Source: Lama guanicoe (taxonomy: Eukaryota). Taken from it: a stretch of DNA of 64,000 nucleotides. Positions 39,423 to 51,649 of this stretch are shown here, one piece after another. The position numbers and the translations under genes were made by a program. The stretch lies in the NCBI GenBank assembly GCA_013239625.1, contig MU054323.1, forward strand, positions 16,868,029-16,932,028, given 5' to 3'. The notes under the pieces were generated by a model. That model ran no database searches, was not told where the DNA came from, and was given only the letters and a program-made list of their open reading frames with translations. Numbering within the stretch: the stretch's first letter is position 1; every line of letters starts with the position of its first letter.

Positions 39423-39887
39423 TTTTTTTTTCCACTGAGGCATTTTATTTGCACGTATGTATCACATTCCTAGAAAAAGAATCCCAGGATTTTCCCTCCT
39501 GTGTGTTTTCACCTTGCTTCTTCATGGTCCGTGATGCCAGCTGAGGTTGTTAGTACAATGAAACCAAACTGATGGGATGGGAGCAGGTTATTCTGCCATT
39601 TTTCTAGATCTTTGAGTTGCACATCAAATCTGGGGCTGATCACTCCACACTTATTTAGCCTGCCTGTGAGGTTCATAACAATTTTCCCAGCTCTGTGATC
39701 ATCGATGATTTCAAATTCGCCAATGCAACCATGCTTCATCATCACAGTTCGAAACCAGACTTTGGAGCACGGCCTATTAAGAACCTGGCGTTTGCCCCTC
39801 TCTTCGGTATTGTTGATGCTCTTGAGAGGATCAGCCAGGACGTTCATGCGCACCATTATGGCGGCACGGAAAGATGGCAGAAAGAGA
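39423..39887 (-). pseudogene. RPS15A: RPS15A (40S ribosomal protein uS8) processed pseudogene, full length
   Basis: Intronless. ATG at 39856 ([16 protein letters not shown]...). Two-codon deletion after CSKV. Premature TGA at 39509-39511, followed in frame by KHTGGKILGFFF and the native TAG at 39470-39472. AATAAA, then an A9 tail at 39423-39431. TSD CCCCTTCAACTT at 39413-39424 and 39888-39899. Confidence 0.95.
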
Positions 39888-41009
39888 CCCCTTCAACTTC
39901 TTATCACAATGAAACCTCAGTGTTATTGCCCACTTCCTCCCTCCCTCTACACCCAGCAAGTCCACGGGAAGTCAGCTCTGACTTCTGAATCTCTGTACAG
40001 CTCACCTCGTCTCCATGCCCTCAGCCTCCCTCTTAATTCAGACCCCAGCACCTCCCACTAGACTTATTGTAACCACCTGCCTGCTGTTCCCTCTTCTCCT
40101 CTGGGTCCTCCCTCCACACAGACTTTGCCTATATGCAGATTGGTTCATGTGACTTTTCTGCTCTGGATAAAGTACAAACTCTTCAGAATAGTTGACAAAG
40201 TCTTCCATGATGTGGGCCCTACCTGTGCATCAAGCCTCACTACTCTCATTTATTCCTTCATTCTTTCCTTTAGCAAATGAATTTCAACACTGTTGCATGT
40301 GCTGAACAGATGAGTAATGAACAAGACAGACAAAATTGGTTTCCTTGGGCTTTGCTTCTTTCCATATCCCACACAACCCCTCCACCACACAAAAAAGTGA
40401 GCTTCCCAGAGTGCAAAGATCTGTCTTGTTCAGGCTGTATCTCCAGCACCTAAACCAGTGCCCAGTACATAACAGAGCCTCAAAAAATATCTGTGGAGTG
40501 AATGAATGAATGAGTTACAATTCTGATTATATCACTGATTCACCTGATGTTTCTAAACTTTCAGGTCCTCATTTTTCATAATTAACTATATAACAGGATT
40601 CCTATGGGATCAAATCAGTGTTTTGAGAGCATTTTCTTGATTCTAAAATAGCCAACATGTATGGCGTGTTTATTGCTCAACACACTTTACATATGTTAAG
40701 TCATTTAATCCTAACAATAATCCTAAGAGGTAAATGCTTATGTTATTCTCGTCTAACAGATGGAGAACCTGAGGCACCAAAAGGTTAAAAACTTGCCTAG
40801 GTGGCAGGACTGGCATTTGAAGGCAGGCAGTCTGGGTCGAGAGCTTCTGCTCTTCTCCACCGTGACAGTGTTCAGCTTACAGGCTGAACTCCTGGAGGGC
40901 AGAATCCATAGCTTATCCACAGCAGGTACTTTGGGATTCTGCCTTCAGTTCATGTAGATTGTATTAAGAATTATTTCTGCCAAATAAACAACTTTAAAAA
41001 TTTTTAAGT

Positions 41010-42690
41010 CCTACTAATAAATGGGCAAAAGATATCCACAGACAATCCACCAAAAAGAATTATCAAAGTGGACCTTAAACATATGCCAAAATGTTCAGTT
41101 TTACTCATAATAAAAGAAATGCAAATTAAAACAACACTGAGACACCATTTCTCACCCATCAGGTTGGCAAAAATTCAAAAGCTTATGATTACACTCTGTT
41201 GGCAAGGATGTGGGGGAAAACAGGCACTCTCATACATTGCATTCTCACTGGGAATGCAAAATGGTATAACCCCTATGGTGAAGAACTTGGCAACATCCAA
41301 CAAATTTCATTCACATTTACACTTCGACATGCCAATCTCACTTCTGGGCATTAACTCTGAAGATACAACTCCAATAATGCACAAAAAAAATTTGCACAAG
41401 GTAATTCACTGTAGCATTATTTGCAGTTGCAAAATATTGGAGACTAGCACAGGTGATTGGTTAAGTAAACTATGATAATTACTCATGATGAGCACTCTAT
41501 AACTGTAAAGAAAGAGGGGAAGATCTCTATGAACTGATATAGAGTGATTTCCAAGAGACATTCTTTGTGTGTGTGTGTGTGTGTGTGGTGTGAAGGAAAG
41601 TGTGGCATTTATTGCAGGACACCACGCAAGGATTCTAGAGCAGCTTATGCTCGAAACACCCGAACTCCTTCTAAGAGACATTCTTCAGTGAAAAAAACCA
41701 AATGGCAAAAGAACGTAAGTAGTATGCTAGCTTTTGTGTGAGAGAGAGAAGTAAGAAAACATACATATATCTATTCATCTGTCCAAAAGGAAACTTGGAA
41801 AAGTTAAAAAAAAAACAAAGTTAGTTCCCTCCAAGAAGTGGGGAGGGAAGGGAATAGGGTAGAAATAATACAGAATAGAGCACACCTTTTTATATTGTGC
41901 TGACTTTTGGAAATATGTTCTACACGATCAAACAAACGAATTAAACCAACAAGGATGTGAAGAGGGTACTAAAACTGAATGCAAAACAAATAAGTGATAA
42001 CAGTATTTAAATGAATAACATAACCAAACTGAAGAGGGAAGATAAGAAACCCAACTAATCTAAGTAATTTACAAACAGCACTGAACTACAAATATTTCTC
42101 AGTCTTGGTCAAGGTGAGGGGAAGATAGGAAACAAATCTTGAACTCTTTTTAGTAGACTTGTCTATGCAGAGGTATGGGCAAAGCAATTCTGAACCTGTT
42201 TTCGATGTGTTATAGAAGTAAATAAATGAGTAAGTGTGTTTTACTGTTGAGAGCCAGGGTTCTTGATGGGAAAGAAGGGACATACAAATAATGAAAGGGG
42301 GAGGCAAGATAAACCATAGGGGATGGATTAAATTGGAGGTACTGATATGGACCAGAGATTTCTAAAATATGTGTATGAATGTGTGTGTGCAAGTGTAAAC
42401 ATTCATGTCCATGTGCATGCATGTGTACAGATGTGTATATATGTATATACATGCATATATTTCCTCGCTCTGTCCACAGAAAAGGCCTATAAGCAAAGAC
42501 ACCCAGGTAGCAATGATCATACCGAGCGCCCACACAATCTCTAATACCGTTCCCTCCTAAAGAGAAGTGGAGTCCTTGGAGAAACAGCTGGTCCCAGAGC
42601 TGGGGCAGGGTGGGTGCAAGGTGAGCCATGAGCATCACTTTTGTGGCAGAAATTAAGGAGAAAGTCAAAAAATGATGGGGCCTATCTCAG
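41010..42690 (+). mobile_element. L1M ORF2 end and long 3' UTR
   Basis: ORF 41068-41475 (KCSVLLIIKEMQIKTTLRHHFSPIRLAKI...CWQGCG) is degenerate L1 ORF2. Confidence 0.75.
41566..41672 (-). mobile_element. Short LTR-like 3' fragment with a (CA)n tail and 13-bp TSD
   Basis: TSD AAGAGACATTCTT at 41553-41565 and 41673-41685. Minus-strand AATAAA at 41608-41613. Confidence 0.6.
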
Positions 42691-45600
42691 GGAGACTTTA
42701 TTTCTGAGGCTTCTAGGGAAGGAAAGCACAGGGTATTGAGGGTATGAAAGCTGGCTGGAACCGACCCTAGGATTTTTTAACCTCCATGGAAACCTCCATG
42801 GTGTAAGTTGGAAGCAATCTCCCTCCCTATAAGAGGTAGAGATTTGCATATCCACAAGTGGAAACCGTTACCTTGATTTAGGGGACATCAAATGGATGGG
42901 GCAGGGTTACAGCAGGGGAACAGGTAAACAGATACAAAACAGTGACCACAATAGGAAAGATGCTGGATACGGCTGTCTCTAAAATGAGATAAATTGCTCT
43001 CTGAGAATGAAAAAGTTTGTGTTAGAGGCAAATGGCATCTCTGTGGACCTTACCCATTCAGTGATGTGTTTGCTTAGAAGTATAATTTAAGGTACAACAT
43101 GTTTGCAAATTGTTGCTCCTTCGTGTGAAGATATGTGCTTTTTTGGTCCAAGAATGGTTGACAGAAGATGAATGAGCCATTTCCCTGAGACAATGTGAGA
43201 CTAGTTCTGGGTGCAGGCGGGATTGCTTCAGGGCTCAACTGACAAAAGGAAGAACAAGGCTGGGAAATCAGCCCGGAGACTGGCAGCGTTGGGAGCACTG
43301 ATGAGCTTGACCCAATCACTGGCAGCTCTTGGTGGATTCTGCAGGCTCCTCTCATTGACTTCAGAGGCAGTGGCCACTCATTAACCCCAAAAGTTGTGCA
43401 GTGACTGTGGCTAACAAACCAATTTGCCTCATCTGAGGCTTTCTTTGGGATTAACATTTTGAGGGAGGGGCAGAGAGGAAATTTTTTGCAGGGAAGGAGG
43501 GAAATCAAAGTTCCTGCTGGAGTAGTTGTGAACAAGAATAGGGGCTCTGAGTTATTGACTGGCAGGGACATTTTATTTATATTCAAAGCTGATAAGCCAG
43601 TGTCATTGGATTATATCCTATAAAGGAGATCAAATCCAGAACATCAAGGGTTTCTTGGGGCTAACACTGGGAGGACCCTGGCCATGGGTGCACGCCCCTC
43701 TGACACCGCCGCGCTGCTCTCCCATTGAGAACTGAGGGCCTCCTGAAAGGTAGTTGCTCCACATGGAACACTGTGGGCAGATGGGCTTCCACCCAGCTTG
43801 CTGCTTAATATTTGGTGTCCATTGTTTTCTGGAGCAAGGGACAGCTGTCCCTCATGAATGTAAGAGGGAAATAATGACACTTCCAATCCATATTCATCCT
43901 CAGAACAATGATTTGAACTGAGGTATTTGAGCATCAGTGTCACTTAGAGAAAAGAACACCAACTCTGGAGTTCAGACCCCAGCTCTACTGGTTGGTTTAT
44001 GACCTTGATAAAGTTAATTAACCTCTTTGACCCTCAGTTTCCTCTGCTGTAAAGCTCAGCTCTATTCCTAGCATTCTTTCATGATGATTACGGATAATAC
44101 AGATAAAGCCCCCCACCATCATGATTATTACTCCAATCAAGTCTAAGGAGAGATTGAAGAGCAGGAACATAGTGAATAACAATAATACCTATTCATAATT
44201 TCACTTAATCTATAAAACACCTCTATTTGGCAAGGATTATTGGCACCATCAGCCTTTTACAGAAAAAGAAACTGGGGCTTTAAAAGGTGGCATAATTTTT
44301 TCAAGGCCACATGATTAGTAAATTGTGGAGCTGAGATTTAAATGCTGCTCTGTCTGCCTCCAGAGTTGATGTTTTTAACCATACATCTCTAGATAACATG
44401 CTGGTCTTGGGATGGGCACTGGAATCTCTGTAATCCTAAGAACCATGTATGCAGGCCACTAGTGGCTAGAAACAGCTACTGGATGTCCAGGGAACTGTTC
44501 CAGGTAGCTGGAGTGCAGGGAAACACCACCGAAGTCCAGCACAAGGGCACCCATGAGCACCGTGACAAGCACTCTCCTTGACCCAACGGGAACATCAACT
44601 TGAATGATCAACTTCTATGAAATTCACAGATGTCTTGTAGTCACTGAAATAGTTTAGTAGTGGGAGTAACAAAAATCCAAATTCTTGAACTGGACTTTGA
44701 CTTTTGCTTGAGCACATTTTGTAAAGTAGATAGTGACTAGCATTTAAATTAATACCAGCATACAAAAGTCAGGAACTCCTTAGGAACTGTGTTATATTCT
44801 GTAACACTTTTTGAAAAGTAAAGATGAGGGAGTGAACTCAGCCACCAGGATACAGAAAATGTGCTTGTAGCTTGAAGCAAACACTGCCCTGTGCTTTCAA
44901 CTCCTCTGAGAACAGGGCAGTGAACATATCTACTGCAGACAGCCTATCCAGAGGCCCCTAACATCCCCCCAGCGCTCCCGCCCTCAGGAATGCCTTTGAA
45001 GTCAGTGGGAAATCCATGCTTCATGGAAGGAAGTGCCTATCTTTTAAGATTAAGACATTGTCCACATTGGCCTTATTACAATCAATGTCCTTTATTTGTA
45101 ACTGAAGAGCAGCCGAACCTTTCTTTCTATCTCACACCCAAGCTCAATTCCAAACTCCCCAAAACCGGCTGGCTAGTTGGCAGGCAAAACATCCACCTTG
45201 ATAACGCCCTTAGAATTACCTGTCCTTGTGGTAACCTACTTAATTTTAATCCTCGGATTCCCTGCCACTAGTAGTTTCATCATTAAATTTTGACCATTAA
45301 ACCTGCACCTCACCTCAAACACCTCCCCCTAGCCCAGCACCGTTTCTCCCCTCCCTCAATGTTTTTGAGGTCTGGCTTCAAGTTTATATACTCAGGAAAT
45401 GAGTTCCTTCTTTCTGTTTCCCGTTTCAGTTCTTTGCTCAAGCTGAGATACCTGCAAGTAATGCCACTGCCACCTGATCTGCCTGGCAAATATTTATCTT
45501 TCAAGCTTGTCCTGATCACCCTCCAAGAAGGTGAGCCATCATAAGACGTAATGATATGATTGTTATTTTAACATTAAGTGGTGGGTAATTTGTCATACAG

Positions 45601-45930
45601 CAGTAGATAACCAGACCCCAGACCACGTGCACCTAGGGTAATACCAATGTGTGAACATATACATGCAGTAAAAGTACAAAGTACTTTTACAAACTGCTAT
45701 TGCTCCATAGCAATAATACACACTAAACTGAGGATAGTGGTTATGGCTCTGGTGGAGTTACCTGTTTGCTTCTGCTGTCTAGAGCAGCGGTTCTGTGTTT
45801 TGTTGTTTTGTCTTGTTTGACAGCGATACACATGATAAACGGCATTCACTTCCAGGTCACACTCCCATAGACGTGCACAAATACCCACCGGTGGCCGCTG
45901 TCAGTTACACTACTGACCACGTGTCTCCCT

Positions 45931-46660
45931 CAGGAGCAGATCCAGGATGTGTGGGGTCTAAAAGCATCTACAAATTTCCGGAAATTCTTTAAGAAAACAA
46001 ATTATGACTCAAACTTAGATTTGAAAGTTAAGATGTATTTAGAATGAGGAAAGAAATCACATATTTTATAAAGCTAACATTTCACAAATGTACAGAAAAA
46101 GTATACTTTTATTGATTACCTTCATGGCATACCTCTCTAAAACTTTTCTTCTGGCCTTTTTTGGCTGCATAGTCTTTGATTGGCTGTCTTCATATCATAC
46201 AAATTTGGGTCCATTTTCTGAAGAGAAAATAGAATGACGATTTAGTTTTTCCTCTAACGTAGTTAATAAGGTTTTTGTTGATTGATGGCTTAGAAAAGTC
46301 CCTTTCAGCTTCATAACATTTTATGGTTGGTATGTATGTTTTTAGCATTATTGTCAACTTTGGCCAAAATCTCTATCAGGTCTCTTTCACGTACGAGCTT
46401 GAGATTTCAGGGCATATTAAGTTTTCTCTTCAGTGACTAATCTCAATACTCTTTAAATTGAAAATGCAGGGGCATTTATAATTGCATATGCTGCATTCTG
46501 CAGTAGATTCTGAACAGGAGACAGATTCCATTTTTAATTATCATTGGTAAGGACACAGTCTTCTTTTCATAATTTTACCCATCAAGTGTTGAAGGAATTT
46601 TCCACAGATTAGTTTCTGGCTTCATACTTTTCAAACAGTGTTTTCCCTCTGCTCCCCACA
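45931..46660. mobile_element. hAT-Tip100 (Zaphod/MER115-like) DNA transposon remnant
   Basis: Begins caggagcagatccaggatgtgtggggtctaaaagc...ctttaagaaaa, similar to the recalled terminus of this family. Confidence 0.45.
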
Positions 46661-46664
46661 ATCT

Positions 46665-46805
46665 CTTGTAGTAACCTATAATGAAAAAAATATGAAAACG
46701 AATATATATATGACTGAAACATTATGCTGTACACCAGAAATGGACACATTGTAACTGACTATACTTCAATAAATTAAAAATAAATAAACAAAATTAAAAA
46801 AAAAC
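46665..46805 (+). mobile_element. 5'-truncated lineage-specific L1 3' end
   Basis: gtagtaacctataatgaaaaaaatatgaaaacgaatatata...gctgtacaccagaaa...tatacttcaataaa plus an A-rich tail. Confidence 0.75.
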
Positions 46806-47467
46806 AGAAAGTCAAGGGGGCCTGCGTCCTGTTCCCGCATTTAGTACTCAGGGAGAGAACTACTCCACTGAGTGGCCTTTCTCCTTCAAGAAATGGTTAT
46901 ACCAGGTGAAGAACAATGGTGCATGGAGTTAGGTGGAAATAGGCCTTAGTTACCAGCTTCTGAGCATCCTTTGGCTGGGGCCTAGAGGTCATCACATACA
47001 TCATGGAGGACTAGGAAGGCAGCTAAGTTGGGAACCAGAGGTCATCGTTGGGACCCAACTGTTCAACCCAAGCTAGGAATCAGATGGAGGCTGTAGGCAA
47101 GGTCCAGACAGGTGTACCACACCACGGTGACCTGAATCAGCAAAAAAGAGTCGTGGGTTCTGGACACACCAAAGAACAAAACACGGGCAGTCAGCTCCAT
47201 CTCCAGCTCTTCAGATAAGTGCAATATGCATACGGACCAGACCAGCCAAGCTACCTCACAGTGGATCCAGCAAGGCCCTGCACGAGAGCACTGAGGTCCA
47301 TGTATCCGGGACCCCTCTCTTGCCAAGTGGTCACCTGAGTAAACTTTCCTCTCTCTCTGCAACCCTGTTCCTTTAGATATTGCTCTAGGAAGAAGTAGAA
47401 ACAGTGAGCCCAACATACTAGAGTCAGATTTTAAAGTGATAGGGGAAGATTCCTGGAATCCTCTACT

Positions 47468-47660
47468 AAGACTTATAACAACAAAAGGAAAAAATTTTTT
47501 TCTATTTCTTTCATTCTGTATCTATATAAGATGGTGGATGTTCACTAAACTTACTGTGATAATCATTGCATGATGTAAGTCAAATCATTATACATAACAC
47601 CTTAAACTTGTACACTGCTGTATGTTAATTACATCTCAATAAAACTGGAAGAAAAAAATC
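47468..47660 (+). mobile_element. L1 3' end fragment
   Basis: gatggtggatgttcactaaacttactgtgataatcatt...accttaaacttgtacactgctgtatgttaattacatctcaataaaactgg. Confidence 0.7.
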
Positions 47661-50600
47661 AAGTGCATTTCTTGCATGCAAAAAAAAAAAACATGTAACA
47701 TTTACCAGGTATTTATATGTGTCTGGTAATACATAGTACCATAATAAGATAATATATTTTATTATATTAATTTTCTTTTAGTTAAGCTTCACAATAACTC
47801 CAAAGTAGAGGTACTATCACTATCTCCATTTTACACCAAGAAACCTGAAGCCAAGAGAAATTAAATCATTTGCTCAATGACACCCAGCTTATAAAAGAGT
47901 GGAACTAGTCTTTGAACCTGCTAGTGGAACTCAGGAGTTTATACTTGGAACTACTAAATTCTGTTTTCCTATAGCAACTTGATGAACTCCAACTGTACGA
48001 CACCAAGAGCTCCTTGGGATTGGCCTGACTATCCCCTACTACAAGTCCCTTCCTTGTCACCACATGACATCAGTGGCAGATCTCAGAATATAAGATTGTT
48101 GCTTCAGTGCAGTAAGTATAGTCTGCTTCTCAAATTCAGAGCCCAGACTGCTTCAGGGGAAGGTCACCTGTTGCTGGACAAGAACTACACATCAGCCATA
48201 ATCACCCTGTGGATAACACCCCGGGCCACGCTGGCAGCGGCCAACCTCACCCTCCATCACATACCCATTCTCCACTCCATTCCAGCAGCCTGTGTTGCAT
48301 TTTAAAGGCATGCTCACTCCCAGCACAGCCATGTTTTAATCCATGGAAATTCATCCTTAGAAATAATCACCCTTGCTAAGGATAACCCAGAAACTGGAGC
48401 AGCAAGGACTCCAGATTGCAATTCTGACTCTCTGCTAAGAACCCTTGAAAATGCATTTAATCTTTATGGACTTTCATTTCCACAAAATGGATGGGGGTAA
48501 AACATATCACTGCCATTTATAGGCTGTTTGGTTTGTTTTTTCTTGGGCAAGAATTCATGTTCAGGGTACTTCTCTGCCCAGCCTTGCCATCTCCTCCAAC
48601 ATCCCATCCCATCAGCGTCTGCTTTCTTCATAGCTCTTGAGGACAAAGCCATATCCTTGCTGGCAGTACCCGTGGAGAGAGCGAGGATCTGTGCCAAGCA
48701 TGCAGACTGCTGATGCTCCCAGAGCCTCTGGTCCACTGGGCCCCACAGCTGAGAAGATTCCATACAAAGGCAGTGAGATCAGCCTCCAACCAGCTCTGCC
48801 ACGCTTTGTTCTAAGCAGTTCTGCTTGTGCCTAAAGATTCCTAATGTCTCTCCTGATGGAGACTTTGCAGTTTCTTCCTTTCACCTCTTGCTGCCTCAAA
48901 GTCTTATGAAGCCATTTCCTCCATTTTGGTCTCACTCCTCCAACCAAGGGTCTCCAGCAGCTTCCAGAGGACAGGCAAGGAACAGACACTGTTCCTTTCC
49001 TCTACTGCCCTCCTCTCAGGCCCTCCCTTCAACTAACCCTGCCTGTCTCCCCCCAAGGGCACTGGATGTCTGACCAACCTGGCACAAAACGATGCACAGT
49101 AGTGATAATGATGGGTGCAAAGCTGAAAAGAATTTGAAGGAGAAATATTTTGACCCCAGGTCTGCACAGCAAAATTGCCCTGTAACAGATGTGAAAAATA
49201 AACACAGTTAGGAATTTCAGCATATTTTCCTCCTGTTCTTACTTTACAGACGTAGAACCAAAAAAATGTGCACCTCCATTCAGAAAACAGCATTTAAAAT
49301 TTTTAGATCATGGACATATTTCAATCTGAAGGTCATGGCCAACAGCACCCTGGATCCTGTGGCTGGGACTCTCTCCTCACAAACATTCAGGTTTTCTTTT
49401 ATTTCATCCTTAATTGATGGTGACTGATAGGATGGATTAAATTCAGGTCAATGAAGAAAAACTATGGGAATGACTGTAGGTAGGGTACTTGTTCTTTACA
49501 AGGTAAGCACATTATTTCCCATGATAAAAGTTGCAGTTGTATAAAAGGATGCAAAAGCTTTCAGCCTAATACTTTAATAAGGAAAATGATTACAGAGTGG
49601 TTTTTAACATCTTTCCTTATGCTTATTTGCGATCTGAGGAACTGGTAGCTGTTCTGTGGGGAGGTTAAGTGGTATATGCAGAAGACTGGTGCACAGCTAT
49701 GTCCCCAAAATTAAGTCAGGAGAGCTCAAAGAAACCCCTGAAATTCCAGGGGCACACACAGATGCTCTGGGGAGGGCAGAAGGAAAATAAAAAGCTTCCG
49801 GTGAAAAGAAAGGAAAAGAGATACAATGGGATAAAGGAGCTAGCCATGAGCAGTTAAGCATGGGAAAGAGAGGCTAAGAGGAAGTCAGACTTGTGAAGGT
49901 GAGAAAAAGCCCATGGTGGATCAAAAGCGAGGAGAGAGAAATTAGGTAACATAAATTCAGGAATGGAAAAAAAAAGAGAGAGAGAGAGATAGAATAAATG
50001 TGATACATTGAAGTCCCACATGAGTCTGGGGACTCAGCATGTGCCCACTAAATGTTGGTGTTCCCAAGCCCCACAAGCAAGGACATGAAGAATTAGAAGA
50101 TCTTGGTTTCTGGTCCATCCTCTCCAACAACCACCAAAGCAATTTGGCCAGGTGTTCTCTCTTGGGAGGCAGGAGGATAACGGTAGATTTAGGCAACAAA
50201 GGTGGAGGGAAATATAAAGGACAACACGCAGCAAATATATAAATACAGAGACTTGGGAGATGCTGCCGAGGAAAACCTGGAGATGAGCGCAGGATCTACA
50301 GTGAGCTGGGCATCTGGCAGACTGAGCCTCAGGGCATCCAGCTCTGGGCTTGCAACTGGTGATCACAGTCAAAAGGCAACTTCCCAGGCTCATAGATCTT
50401 TGATAATTTCGATTATCTGCAGTTCAGTGAGTGTGGGGGATTTAAATCCAGGACAAAAATTTCCCTTAGACTTTCTCTCAGTCACATTGCTCAGAGCTGC
50501 TACCCATGCTGATTTCCAAGCTAATCTCTGACAAGGAAAATGGACTTACTTGATGTGATGTAAGTAAGATCCACCCTGCGCTGGGCTGGTACCAGCTCTC

Positions 50601-51140
50601 CTGCAGCACGTAAGCTGCCAGATACCTGAACAAAGTTGAGATATTGTTAGCAAGGATGAAGGGAGGAATGGTCAGTGGAGGAGCAGCTGATGGTGTCTGT
50701 CATAGATCAGAACATGGAGCATGACTTCCCAATGCACCCTGACCTACCAGCTCCTCCTCTTCCGTCCAGGGATCCACTTGCCACAAGGAAAATAAACTTA
50801 CCCTCACATTCCCCAAATTTGGGCATAACCAAAGTAATGAAGGCCCTTCTACAACAGGCTAGGAGCAGCCTGGAAGCCCTGAGACCCAGTCAATAAATCT
50901 ACAATGATCAGAGAAATTAATGTGAGTCATAGGCAGCTTATATTGAAACCTGCCACCAACTGAGACGCATAAGTTACCCGATCAATGGTGATAAAGAACT
51001 TACCAACTCTCAGTAAGTACCAATCAGGTGTGCTCCTATTCAGCCCTTGACCTGGCATGTTTGTAGAGTTGATGGCTTTCTATGAGGCTGGTTGCATGGT
51101 TGAAAATCCTGTTTACCTTATTGTCACACATCTCCTTATC

Positions 51141-51649
51141 ATATGGATCTTCCTCCACTTTATGATGGGATAAATCCATCATAAACCCATAAACCTAACT
51201 TAAGGTGAAAGTGTCATAAGTGGTAAAAGCATTTAATACACCTAACTTACCTAATATTATCATTTAGCCTAGCCTACCTTAAATGTGTTCAGAACACTTA
51301 CATTAACCTACAGTTGGGTAGAATCATCCAACACAAAGCTTATTTTATAATAAAGTGTTGACTACGTCATATAATTCATTGAATAGTGGAAGTAAAAAAC
51401 AGAATGGTTGTATGGGAACAGAAGTGTTTTAAGTGTGTTGGCTGCTCGTGGTGGAGCGGATGACTGGGAGCCGAGCTCACTGCCTCTGCCCAGCATCACG
51501 AGAGAGTACCGTACTGCACGTCACTAGCCCAGGGAAAAGATCAAAATTCAAAATCTGAAGTACAATTTCTCCTGAATGCGTACTACTTTCACACCATCGT
51601 AAAGCTGAAAAATCATAAAGTTGAACCATCACCAGTAGGAGACCATCTA
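51141..51649. mobile_element. Tigger3 (Golem)-like TcMar DNA transposon
   Basis: tagcctagcctaccttaaatgtgttcagaacacttacatta...aaagatcaaaattcaaaat...tttcacaccatcgtaaag...gttgaaccatc...gaccatct. Confidence 0.7.

Noticed and set aside
39509..39856. RPS15A ORF as a functional gene
   Set aside because: It is intronless with poly(A) and TSD, and has a premature stop, a two-codon deletion and many substitutions in a normally near-invariant protein.
41068..41475. 135-aa ORF, and similar ORFs at 5648 and 22632
   Set aside because: These are degenerate L1 ORF2 remnants, not host genes.
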